Shown here piece after piece: positions 11,792 to 23,123 of a stretch of 64,000 bases of DNA (position 1 is the stretch's first letter; every line of letters begins with the position of its first letter). The notes beneath the pieces were generated by a model. It was not told the origin of the DNA. It saw only the letters and a program-made list of their open reading frames with translations, and searched no databases. The translations under genes and the position numbers were made by a program. Source of the DNA: Mobula hypostoma (lineage: Eukaryota); contig NC_086097.1 in the NCBI RefSeq assembly GCF_963921235.1, positions 152,894,001 to 152,958,000 of the forward strand, written 5' to 3'.

Positions 11792-13055
11792 TTATTCCAT
11801 GTGGTCTGATTGTGGAAATGATGCTGTATCTTTAAATGTTGTAATATGGATCATGTGAGAAAGGCCTGGGTATCTTGTCTGCTGCAGCAAAGACACAACA
11901 GAGGTCTGTTGCAGATACCTGGGAGTTCTGGAGGTGTGGACACTGAGTGTCAATACAATCTTGATCTCCATGAAGTGAGCAGTCCGGCCATGAAAATGTA
12001 ACTGAAAGTCTTGATGAAGGTTTTCACTAACTTCTCTGATCAGAGCCTCAGAAACCTTCAGCTTCTGAGCACACACTCAGCAGATCAGGTAGCATCGATG
12101 GAAAAGAGCAAGCAGTCAACGTTTCTGGCCAAGTCCCATCTGCTGAACTGGAAAGGAAGGGGAAAGTTGCCAGAATAAAAAGGTGGGTTGAGAGGAAGAA
12201 GAATAGCTTGAATGTAATAGGTGAAGCCAGGTGAGTAGTAAAGGTAGAGGGCTAGAGTTGAATGAATCTGATAGGAGGGGAAGGTGGACCATAGGAGAAA
12301 TGGAAGGAGAGGGGGACTCAAAGGGAGGTGACAGGTAGATGAGGAGAGGTAAGAGGCCAGAGTGGGGAATAGTAGAGGAAGGGAGAGCAAGAATTTTTTT
12401 TAAATCGGAAGGAGAATCGATATTCACGCCATCAAGTTGGAGGATACCCAGATGGAATATAAGGTGTTGCTCCTCCACCCTGAAGGTGGCCTAATCATGG
12501 CACACGATGAGGCCATGGACCAACATGTTGGAACGGGAATGGGAATCAGTATTAAAATAACTCAGGAACCAGGAATTTCCACTTTTGGTGGATAGAAAGG
12601 AGGTGCTCAACCTTCTGAATATATTGTTTATCAAGAAGTTTAGATATCATGTGGGTCTTGAGTGACTCGATGGAATAGACTGTCCACAGATGGACGTAAA
12701 TGCTTCCTACTCTAAAGTACCTGACCCATACTGATTGATCAATTATGGCAATAATAATGTCTTTTAGTAATGGAGTGCTCTCAATTTTGTCACCACTAAG
12801 TATATTATGAATGAGCACTTCAACAGCTAAATGCTGCAGGAAGCACTCACTGTTAATTATAGCATCTTTGTGGATTTTGGAAGGTATCTGTGAGTTCTGA
12901 AACAGTCCAGGCAGGTTTCCAAATGTCAATAGTATTCCTTTAAATATCAAGTTATGGAACAAGCTAGCAGAATGCAGTCCTTTTTTTTCTACGAGGACTG
13001 CACCACAATAATCAAGAGTTTTCATCTTTGAGGTCCAATTTATGAATGGAATCAT
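11792..13055 (-). pseudogene. Orphan coding-like sequence (~237 codons) split by a Penelope insertion
   Basis: ORFs 12552-13055 and 11792-12076 join in frame (...KQYIQK|LKVSEAL...) when 12069-12611 and one CTTCTGA TSD copy are removed. Product not recognised. Confidence 0.4.
12069..12611 (-). mobile_element. Penelope-like element 3' fragment
   Basis: Encodes EEQHLIFHLGILQLDGVNID (GIY-YIG ORF end); degenerate hammerhead motif near 12114-12150; 7-bp TSD CTTCTGA (12062-12068, 12612-12618). Confidence 0.85.
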
Positions 13056-13331
13056 GAAAGCAGTGCTGTGACATTATCACATGCATATCTGTTGATGGAA
13101 AGTGTTGTGGTCTCCAGGGGTTTGCAAGTGGAAGTGACTGCACCAGTACTGTGATGCATGCTGTACACTCCAGTAACACCACATTTTTATCAGAATCACA
13201 ATTAGGTTTTTGTAAGCATATGTCATGAAACGTGAGCAACAGGAGTTCTGCAGATGCTGGAAATTCAAGCAACACACATCAAAGTTGCTGGTGAACGCAG
13301 CAGGCCAGGCAGCATCTGTAGGAAGAGGTAC

Positions 13332-13367
13332 AGTCGACGTTTCAGGCCGAGACCCTTCGTCAGGACT
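13332..13367 (-). ncRNA. Minimal type I hammerhead ribozyme motif (Penelope-associated)
   Basis: Minus strand reads AGTC-CTGACGA-AGGGTCTCGGCCT-GAAAC-GTC-GACT: CUGANGA and GAAA cores, stem I AGTC/GACT, stem II, and a short palindromic ACGT stem III. Confidence 0.75.
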
Positions 13368-14399
13368 AACTGAAGGAAGAGTGAGTAAGGGATTTGAAAG
13401 CTGGAGGGGGAGGGGGAGATCCAAAATGATAGGAGAAGACAGGAGGGGGAGGGATAGAGCCGAGAGCTGGACAGGTGATAGGCAAAAAGGGATACGAGAG
13501 GATCATGGGACAGGAGGTCCGGGAAGAAAGACAAGGGGGGGGTGACCCAGAGGATGGGCAAGAGGTATATTCAGAGGGACAGAGGGAGAAAAAGGAGAGT
13601 GAGAGAAAGAATGTGTGCATAAAAATAAGTAACAGATGGGGTACAAGGGGGACGTGGGGCCTTAGCGGAAGTTAGAGAAGTCAATGTTCATGCCATCAGG
13701 TTGGAGGCTACCCAGACGGAATATAAGGTGTTGTTCCTCCAACCTGAGTGTGGCTTCATCTTTACAGTAGAGGAGGCCGTGGATAGACATGTCAGAATGA
13801 GAATGGGATGTGGAATTAAAATGTGTGGCCACTGGGAGATCCTGCTTTCTCTGGCGGACAGAGCGTAGATGTTCAGCAAAGCGGTCTCCTAGTCTGCATC
13901 AGGTCTCGCCAATATATAAAAGGCCATATCGGGAGCACCGGACGCAGTATATCACCCCAGTCGACTCACAGGTGAAGTGTTGCCTCACCTGAAAGGACTG
14001 TTTGGGGCCCTGAATGGTGGTGAGGGAGGAAGTGTAAGGGCATGTGTAGCACTTGTTCCACTTACGCGGATAAGTGCCAGGAGGGAGATCACTGGGGAGG
14101 GATGGGGGGGACGAATGGACAAGGGAGTTGAGTAGGGAGCGATTCCTGCGGAATGCAGAGAGGGGGGGGAGGGAAAGATGTGCTTAGTGGTGGGATCCCG
14201 TTGGAGGTGGCGGAAGTTACGGAGAATAATATGTTGGACCCGGAGGCTGGTGAGGTGGTAGGTGAGGACCAGGGGAACCCTATTCCTAGTGGGGTGGCGG
14301 GAGGATGGAGTGAGAGCAGATGTACGTGAAATGGGGGAGATGCGTTTAAGAGCAGAGTTGATAGTGGAGGAAGGGAAGCCCCTTTCTTTAAAAAAGAAA

Positions 14400-15587
14400 A
14401 CTAAAGGTGTAGCTATGGGCACCCGTATGGGTCCTAGCTATGCCTGCCTTTTTGTTGGGTTTGTGGAACAACCTATGTTCCGTGCCTATTCTGGTATCTG
14501 TCCCCCACTTTTCCTTCGCTACATCGACGACTGCATTGGCGCTGCTTCCTGCACGCATGCAGAACTCGTTGACTTTATTAACTTTGCCTCCAACTTTCAC
14601 CCTGCCCTCAAGTTTACCTGGTCCATTTCCAACACCTCCCTCCCCTTTCTAGATCTTTCTGTCTCTGTCTCTAGAGACAGCTTATCCACTGATGTCTACT
14701 ATAAGCCTACTGACTCTCACAGCTATCTGGACTATTCCTCTTCTCACCCTGTCTCTTGAAAAAACACCATCCCCTTCTCGCAATTCCTCCGTCTCCGCCA
14801 CATCTGCTCTCAGGATGAGGCTTTTCATTCTAGGACGAGGGAGATGTCTTCCTTTTTTAAAGAAAGGGGCTTCCCTTCCTCCACTATCAACTCTGCTCTT
14901 AAACGCATCTCCCCCATTTCACGTACATCTGCTCTCACTCCATCCTCCCACCACCCCACTAGGAATAGGGTTCCCCTGGTCCTCACCTACCACCCCACCA
15001 GCCTCCGGGTCCAACATATTATTCTCCGTAACTTCCGCCACCTCCAATGGGATCCCACCACTAAACACATCTTTCCCTCCCCCTCTCTCTCTGCATTCCG
15101 CAGGGATCGCTCCCTACGCAACTCCCTTGTCCATTCGTCCCCCCCATCCCTCCCCACTGATCTCCCTCCTGGCACTTATCCGTGTAAGCGGAACAAGTGC
15201 TACACATGCCCTTACACTTCCTCCCTCACCACCATTCAGGGCCCCGAACAGTCCTTCCAGGTGAGGCAACACTTCACCTGTGAGTCGACTGGGGTGATAT
15301 ACTGTGTCTGGTGCTCCCGATGTGGCCTTTTATATATTGGCGAGACCCGACGCAGACTGGGAGACCACTTTGCTGAATATCTACGCTCTGTCCGCCAGAG
15401 AAAGCAGGATCTCCCAGTGGCCACACATTTTAATTCCACGTCCCATTCCCATTCTGACATGTCTATCCACGGCCTCCTCTACTGTAAAGATGAAGCCACA
15501 CTCAGGTTGGAGGAACAACACCTTATATTCCGTCTGGGTAGCCTCCAACCTGATGGCATGAACATCGACTTCTCTAACCTCCGCTAA
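14400..15587 (+). pseudogene. Penelope RT C-terminal half plus GIY-YIG endonuclease (5'-truncated, one in-frame stop at 14757-14759)
   Basis: KGVAMGTRMGPSYA, RYIDD, FLDL, YYKPTD, the Neptune-type linker CKRNKCYTC, and GVIYCVWCSRCGLLYIGET. Confidence 0.9.
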
Positions 15588-15879
15588 GGCCCCACGTCCC
15601 CCTCGTACCCCATCTGTTACTTATTTTTATGCACACATTCTTTCTCTCACTCTCCTTTTTCTCCCTCTGTCCCTCTGAATATACCTCTTGCCCATCCTCT
15701 GGGTACCCCCCCCCGTCTTTCTTCCCGAACCTCCTGTCCCATGATCCTCTCGTATCCCCTTTTGCCAATCACCTGTCCAGCTCTTGGCTCTATCCCTCCC
15801 CCTCCTGTCTTCTCCTATCATTTTGGATCTCCCCCTCCCCCTCCAACTTTCAAATCCCTTACTCACTCTTCCTTCAGTT

Positions 15880-15915
15880 AGTCCTGACGAAGGGTCTCGG
15901 CCTGAAATGTCGACT
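15880..15915 (+). ncRNA. Minimal hammerhead ribozyme motif, second arm
   Basis: AGTC-CTGACGA-AGGGTCTCGGCCT-GAAATGTC-GACT; one C>T change in stem III. Confidence 0.65.
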
Positions 15916-16864
15916 GCACCTCTTCCTACAGATGCTGCCTGGCCTGCTGCGTTCACCAGCAACTTTGATGTGTGTTGTCATGAAACGTGTTAACTTTGTT
16001 ACAGCAGCATAATGTAATACATGATAAATATAGAAAAAACTGAATTACATTAAGTATATATATGTATATTAAATAATTAATTTAAGGTAAGTAGTGCAAA
16101 ACAGAAATTAAAAATAGTGAGGTTGTGTTCACGAGTTCAATACCCATTTAGAAATTGGATAGGAGAGTGGAAGAAGCTGTTCCTGAATTGCTGAGCATGT
16201 GCCTTCAGGCTTCTGTACCTCCTTCCTGATGGAAAGCACCAGAAATACAAGTGCTGATCAATCCAATTTCAGGTATAACTGTCTAGAATATAAAGGGCAG
16301 AAACATCTGTTATCAACCTACCCTTCATATCCACAGCTCATCTCAAAATTGTTTTTGAAAGAGTAGGTTCAGTTATATAGAAATAGTTATATAGAAAGTA
16401 CAAGGTGAAATCTATATCCTGCATGATTATAAAGGAGTTGGTGACTTGATGATCAGAGTTGCTTGAGGGAATGATTTTATTAGGACAGTGAGATGCTCTT
16501 CACTTTATTTAGTGTTGTCTTATGATCTTTAATATATGTCTGATTAGTAATCCATCCAAATCAAGATCAGTGCTCCTAATAAGTTGCATAAAATACAATG
16601 CTCTTTTCAACACTATATTAGCATATCAACCAAAGTTCCTGGTCATGTCCGTTAATTAACTCAAACTTTCTGCCATCATATGTAGTTACAAAATACATTT
16701 CCCCTTTACAGGTTGAAGGGCTCTGTTATAGTGCCCAATACTTCCTTCAATTTGAAAAACAATGAAGTGATTACATTATACAGGAGAAGGATGCTTGAAT
16801 AATTTGCTCTGTTATCAAAATGCTGAATTGTTCAGGATAACAATTATTACCTTGCTGGATTCAT

Positions 16865-19270
16865 CTCTGTGCCTACTTCTTTTGTAAGAACTCGCCACCT
16901 TGCACCAATTACACCATCTCCCGTCTTCAACCCTCCTCCTCTCCCTGGACATCTTACCCTGGTCTTCTGGCTGCTCTGGATGGTTTCATTGCCAACTGCT
17001 GAAGGGATATCAGCCGTCTCAACTTCACCAGTCCTCTCTCCAATTCTAAGCTCATACCTTCTGAATGTTTTGCTCTCACTCCCTCTGCGCTAATCCTAAA
17101 CTTACCATCAAACCTGCAGATAAGGGGGGCACTGTAGTTATCTGGTGGACTGACCTCTACCTTGCTGAGGCTCAGCAACAACTGTCAGACACTTCTTCTT
17201 ACATACCCCTCGAACATGATCCCACTAGGACGCAGCAAGCCATTGTCTCCCACATCATCACTGACCTTATTAGCTCTGGGGATCTGCATTCCACTGTCAC
17301 CAACCTCAGTTCTTGCACCCCACACCTCTTGTCTCTACCTCCCACCGAAGGTCCACAATCCTACCTGCCCAGGTAGACCCAATGATTCAGCTTGTTCCTG
17401 CCCCACTGAACCCATCAGTATACCTTGACTCTGTTTTACCCCTCACTGGTTCAGTCTCTTCCTACCTACATCCATGACACCTCACATGCTTTGGATCTTT
17501 TCAATGATTTCAAGTTCCCTGGCCCCATCATCTCATTTTCAATATGGATGTCCAGTCCCTGTACATCTCCATCCCCCAGCTGGAAGGCCTCAAAGATCTC
17601 CATTCCTTTCTGGACACCAGACCCAACCAGTTCCCCTCCTCCACCACCGCTCTTCTCCTTCTAGTGGAACTTGTCCTCACTCTCAATAATTTCTGCTTTG
17701 GCTCCTCCCACTCCCTTCAATCAAAGGTGTAGCCATGGGTACTCACATAGGTCTCAGCTATGCCTGCCTTTTTGTCGGCAGTGTAGAACAGTCTATGTTC
17801 CAAGTTTACACTGGTGTCACTGCACCACTTTTCCTATGCTACAGCGATTACTGCATTATTGCTGATTCTTGCACCTATGCCGAGATTGTCAACTTCATCA
17901 ACTTTGCCTCCAACTTCAACCCTGCCTTCAAATATACAAGGTCCATTTTTGAACACCTCCCTCCCCTTACTCAATCTCTCTGTTTCTGTCTCCAGAGACA
18001 GATTATCTGCTGATGTCTATTATAAACCCACTGATTTTCACAGCTACCTGGACTATACCTTTTCCCAACCTCTACTTGTAAAATTGTCATCTCCTTCTCT
18101 CAATTCCTCTGTCTCCACCACATCTGCTCTCAAGATGAGTCTTTACATTCCAGAAAGAAGGTGATGTATTTTTTCTTCAAAGAAAGTAACTTCCCTTCCT
18201 TCACCATCAACGCCACCTTCAGCTGCATCTCTTCCATTTCACACACATCTGCCCTCACCCCTCCTCCCGCCACCCCACCAGGGATAGGGTTCCACTTGTC
18301 CTCACCTACCACCCCACAAGCCTCCGTGTCCAGCACATAAGTTTCCGTAACTTCCACTGTTGCCAACAGGATCCCACTATCAAGCGCATCTCCCCCCCTC
18401 CACCCCCCACTTTCTGCTTTCCGCAGGGATCACTCCCTATGTGACTCCCTTGTCCATTCATCCCTCCCCACTGATCTTCCTCCTGGCACTTATCCTTGCA
18501 AGCAGAACAAGTGCTACACCTGCTCCTACACCTCCTCCCTCAATGCCATTCAGGGCCCCAAACAGTCCTTTCAGGTGAGGCAACACTTCACCCGTGAGTC
18601 TGTTGGGGTTATCTACTCTATCTGGTGCCCCAGGTGTGGCCTCCAGTACATTGGTGAGACCCGACGTTGTTTGGGAGACCGATTTGCCAAGAACTTATGC
18701 TCCATTGCCAGAAAAAAATGGAATCTTTCAATGGCCACGTATTTTAATTCCACTTCCCATTCACATTCCAACATGTCAAACCATTGGTCTCCTCTACTGT
18801 CACAGTGAGGACACACTCAGGTTGGAGGAGCAACAGCTTATATTCTATCTGTATAGCCTCCAACCTGATGGCATGAACATCAATTTCTCAAACTTCTGTA
18901 ACACCCCCACCCCCCTTCACCATTCCCCATCTCTTTTCCCTCTTTTACCTTATCTCCTTGCCTCCCCATTGCCTCCCTCTGATGCTCCTCTCCCTTTTCT
19001 TTCTTCCATAGCCTTCTGTCATCTCCTACTAGATTCCCCCTTCTCTCTTTCACCAATCAACTTCCCAACTTTTCACTTCAACCCATCCCTCCCTCCCAGT
19101 TTCATCTATCACCCTGAGTTTCTCTCTTGTCTCCTCTCCACCTTCTAACTCTGACTCCTCATCTTTTTCTTCCAGTCCTGCTGAAGGGTCTCGGCCTGAA
19201 TCATTGACTGTACTCGTTTTCACTGATGCTGCCTGGCCTGCTGAGTTCCTGAAGCATTTTGTGTGTGTTC
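16865..19270 (+). mobile_element. Older degenerate Penelope-like element (RT plus GIY-YIG), copy A
   Basis: IKPADKGG, MDVQSLY, MGTHIGLSYA, YYKPTD and GVIYSIWCPRCGLQYIGET across frameshifts; degenerate hammerhead near 19174-19210. Confidence 0.9.
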
Positions 19271-19476
19271 CTTCCTGGGTTTATTTTTCTTCTGTGTTTC
19301 CCAAAAATCATGCTATAGTTGGAACTTAAATATTCCATTCATCAGTTCTTACTGTGTTGATTGATGCATGAATTGACAAACCAAACAAGAAGGAAAATGT
19401 AGAAGGATAAGGTACTTAAAATTTCTAAGAGAAAAAAGGATAATGTATATTTATTCTTAATGATAATAGCTGTAAG
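17032..19476 (+). repeat. 2,445-bp direct duplication, first copy
   Basis: Matches 23124-25568 at a constant offset of 6092; ORFs lying wholly within the two copies translate identically. Confidence 0.95.
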
Positions 19477-19628
19477 ACTTCCGGTAGCGCTCATGGAGTG
19501 AAGTCGCGTTCTTGACTCGCTCCATTACCTCTGAGTTTTTTCTCTCTATGGTCAGCTATACTTTAATTAACTATTAAGGCATCAATTTTTACAATACTTT
19601 GAATTAAACTGAATTCTCTGACAATTGG

Positions 19629-20528
19629 ATGGAACTTAGATCTGCTATGTCTAAGAACGGGAAAGACGGCAAGGATGGTAAACCTCCGGTTAAACCGAAA
19701 GCTACGGATCTCCCTCCGACTGAATCACCGGTGACTTTGGAAGCTATATCGGAGTTAATTCAGAGGGAAATTTCAACCTCTGTTAGGGAGATGATTCGTA
19801 CAGAAATTATGGGCTTTGTTAAAGACCTGATTCATATGGAAATCTCAACTAAGTTCCAGAAAATTGCCGATTTAATTGATAAGATGCAAACATGTATTGC
19901 GGAACATCAGTCGGCTATATCTGGTCTTCAAAAATCCGCGCAACAAAGTGAGCTTAAGATGGGGAAAGTCGAAGAAACAATTAATGTAATGAAGAAGAAA
20001 CTTGACTTTTTGACTTTTAAAAACTCTGACTTGGAATCTAGAATGCGACGGCAGAATTTACGAATGATTGGCGTCAGGGAAGCCGTGGAAGCTAACAACC
20101 CTATGAAATATTTCTCCCAACTTTTAAAAGATGCATTCCCTACTGTATTTCCTGACCAACCACCGCTACTGGATCGTGTTCACAGAATCCCATCATACTC
20201 GTCTAGGTCAGATAGACCTAGGCATGTTATCTTACGTTTTCATTACTTTCAAGATAAGGAGAGACTGTTTCGATTCGCTCGATCTAAAGGTTTCATTGAT
20301 TTTTCGGATCTTAAGTTCCGATTCGTGGAAGATTTCAGTAAACCAATCTGGGACCAACGGGTCCGTTACAGATCCGTGATGTCGGAATTCTATAAGATGG
20401 ATTTAAGACCAGCGCTGCTGTACCCTGCACGTCTAAGGATTCGCATGTTAGATGGAGCTCTTCGTTTTTTTGATTCTCCATCGGATGCCCAGAGTTATCT
20501 GGATCAACTTTCATCTTCAACATCTTAA
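19629..20528 (+). CDS. L1 ORF1p (coiled coil plus RRM/CTD, Transposase_22-like), 299 aa, uninterrupted
   Basis: DLESRMRRQNLRMIGVRE, LDRVHR, PRHVILRFHYFQDKE, FVEDFS and LLYPARLRI motifs. Confidence 0.9.
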   Translation: MELRSAMSKNGKDGKDGKPPVKPKATDLPPTESPVTLEAISELIQREISTSVREMIRTEIMGFVKDLIHMEISTKFQKIADLIDKMQTCIAEHQSAISGLQKSAQQSELKMGKVEETINVMKKKLDFLTFKNSDLESRMRRQNLRMIGVREAVEANNPMKYFSQLLKDAFPTVFPDQPPLLDRVHRIPSYSSRSDRPRHVILRFHYFQDKERLFRFARSKGFIDFSDLKFRFVEDFSKPIWDQRVRYRSVMSEFYKMDLRPALLYPARLRIRMLDGALRFFDSPSDAQSYLDQLSSSTS

Positions 20529-21248
20529 TTGCCTTTTTTTAATTTTCTCCGTTGATCGGAGGCTGTGAATTGGTTGGTTTTAACTTTTCTGTGCCCTATT
20601 TGGGCAGAAAAGTTTACTTTCGATTTCTTAATATGGCTGCTAAACTTTCTTTTTAACTGCGTCATTTCTTTCTTTTCCCAGGGGATTCTGGGTGGTTACT
20701 TCCCTTTTGTCATCTTACGTATTTCCTGTGCGGCCTTAAATTTTGTAGTTTTTTTTAAATTTTATTCTGTTTTGCTTTTTATAATCATTTTATGTTAATA
20801 ATCCTATTTTTTTTTGTTGCTGTGTCTATTCATGAGTTTGAGGTTTATTGTGGTTTTTTTTTAATATATACTTTCCGGCTTTTGTTCTGTTCTGTGTGTA
20901 TTTTAATTGAGCTAACTTTTTTTTACTTATTTTTTACTGTTTTACAATTAGCTGATCCTTTTCATATTTATACCTTTTTTTTAGGGAGCGTATACCGGAA
21001 GTCATGGGGGTAGTTTTAGCGCTTGCTTCTTTCTGGCGGGTCTGCTTTAGATTTCGCCTTGGGGTCCTGGGGTGGGGGGCGGTGGGAGGGGCTTCACGTT
21101 TTAGTTTGTTTCTCTTTGGGCTATATACATTATTGAAGTATTGGTTACGTCCTTTTCCCCGGTATCTTTTGTATGTTCTGTTTCCTCTCCGGGTCTGTGG
21201 GTCGCGCCTATTGTCAATCCTCCTTGTTATGGGTTGACTTTAGGATTT

Positions 21249-23123
21249 ATGGAGTCTATTATTAATTTTGTCTCCTGGAATACTAATGGTCTTAATCATC
21301 CTATTAAAAGGAAAAAAGTTTTTAAAGTGTTCCGGAGACTTAATGCACAAATTTTATTTTTACAAGAGACCCATGTACGGAGGGGGGACAGACTACGTTT
21401 TTTCAAATTTTGGAAGGGACAACAATTTCATTCGAACTCCAATGCTAAGATTCGAGGCGTCTCTATCTTTATAGACTCCTCAGTTACTTTTATACAACAG
21501 GATATTATCTCTGATCCGAATGGTAGATTTTTATTGGTTAGTGGTTTATTATTTAATAAAAAAGTAGTTTTGGTTAATGTTTATGCTCCTAATATGGATT
21601 GTCCGGAATTTTATAAATCATTGTTTGATCAGTTTCCGAATTTGAACGAGTTTTCATTGATTTGGGGCGGAGATCTTAATACCTGTTTATCTCCAGCTTT
21701 GGACCGTTCGGCTCCTTTACGGACTTTACCTAATAAATCTGCAAATTTGATTAATTTTTTCCTTTCTGATTCTGGGTCGACGGACATTTGGCGTTTTCTG
21801 CATCCTCAGGAAAAAGATTTTTCCTTCTTTTCACATGTTCATCATTCCTATTCAAGAATTGATTATTTTTTCATTGATTCTCGTCTCATTTCTTCAGTGA
21901 TTAAATGTGATTATGATTCTATAACCATTTCGGATCATGCTCCACTTAAGCTTTCTATTAAAATTATGGCCAATATACCAAACAATAGACAATGGCGTTT
22001 TAATTCGCTGTTGCTTCAGGACTCGGACTTTGTTAATTTTATGAATGAACAGATTGAGCTTTTTTTTACAATTAACCATACAGAAGATATTTCGGTTAAC
22101 ACTCTTTGGGACACTTTTAAAGCCTATATTCGGGGTCAGATTATTTCGTATTCCGTTGCTTTGAGGAAGAAACAGAAGCAGGAGGAGATGGTAATTGTGG
22201 ACAAGATTAAAGAAATTGATAAGAAATATGTTATGGCTCCTTCTGAGGAGCTATACAAACAAAGAACTGAACTTCAAATGGAACACAGTTTACTACTCTC
22301 GTCCTCGATTGTAAACCAATTAAAGAAAACAAGAAGTGATTTTTATGTTCACAGTGATAAAATTGGCAAGCTGCTGGCTAATCAATTGAAATCTAATTAT
22401 GTTAAATCTCAAATCAATCAGATTTATAACCAAAATGATCGATTGATATTGGATCATGTGGGGATTAATCAAACCTTTTGTGATTTTTATTCTTCTTTAT
22501 ACCAATCAGAGTCTCCTCGAGATTCTAAATATATGAATGATTTTTTAGATAAGTTAGACTTCCCTCTGATTTCACAGGATATGTCTTCTTTATTAGATAC
22601 TTCCATTACAATGGATGAGATTAAGAATGTTATTTTTTCTATGAATCTGGGGAAAGCTCCTGGCCCTGATGGGTTTACCGTTGAATTTTATAAATGTTTT
22701 GCTTCTTTATTGATTCCTTGGCTCTATAAGGTTTTTGAGGCTTCTTTGAAACTTGGTAAACTTCCGGAATCTTTTAATAGAGCATCAATTTCTTTAATAC
22801 TAAAGAAGGATAAAGACCCTGCTCAATGTGCATCTTATAGACCAATATCTTTATTAAATGTTGATTCTAAAGTTTTTTCTAAGTTATTAGCAAATAGACT
22901 AGAAAAAGTACTTCCTTCTATTATTTCGGAAGACCAAACGGGTTTTATTAAAGGTCGTTACTCTTTTTATAATATTCGTACATTGTTAAATATTGTTTAT
23001 ACTCCCTCACAAAATGTTCCTGAGTGTGTTATTTCTTTAGATGCCGAGAAAGCTTTTGATAGAGTAGAATGGCCTTATTTATTTAAGGTGCTTGAAATGT
23101 TTAATTTTAGCTTGAAATTTATA
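21249..23123 (+). CDS. L1 ORF2p N-terminal portion (APE endonuclease plus start of RT), open but truncated
   Basis: ATG at 21249; SWNTNGLN, LQETH, NVYAPN, GGDLN, SRIDYFF, SDHAP, KAPGPDGF, YRPISLLN, DQTGFIKGR and LDAEKAFD. Confidence 0.9.

Larger units (their letters stand above)
13235..15975. mobile_element. Young Penelope-like element (Neptune-type) inserted as an inverted repeat
   Basis: Minus arm ~13235-14396 and plus arm ~14397-15975 share ~1.1 kb in inverted orientation. Perfect 14-bp TSD TGTCATGAAACGTG (13221-13234, 15976-15989). Confidence 0.92.
13190..16232 (-). mobile_element. Rex1/Babar-like 3' remnant hosting the palindromic Penelope insertion
   Basis: ATCAGAATC-type tail near 13190 continues after the TSD at 15990 into a 3' UTR and ORF end similar to 30870-31160. 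Confidence 0.55.
19477..23123 (+). mobile_element. L1-clade LINE with intact 5' end, 3'-truncated within RT
   Basis: 5' end (G)ACTTCCGGT; ORF1; T-rich inter-ORF spacer; ORF2 breaks off after SLDAEKAFDRVEW...KFIS. No poly(A) tail. Confidence 0.92.

Noticed and set aside
11960..12000. GRTAHF as a Helitron PIF1 helicase motif (GRTAHS)
   Set aside because: The flanking helicase motifs (GTGKT, IIWDE) are absent; probably coincidental.
14262..14759. 165-aa ORF as a novel gene
   Set aside because: It is a chimera of antisense Penelope sequence and Penelope RT created by the inversion junction.
21141..21248. N-terminal extension of L1 ORF2 in the ORF track
   Set aside because: It begins at a non-ATG codon in the spacer; the endonuclease domain starts right after the ATG at 21249.
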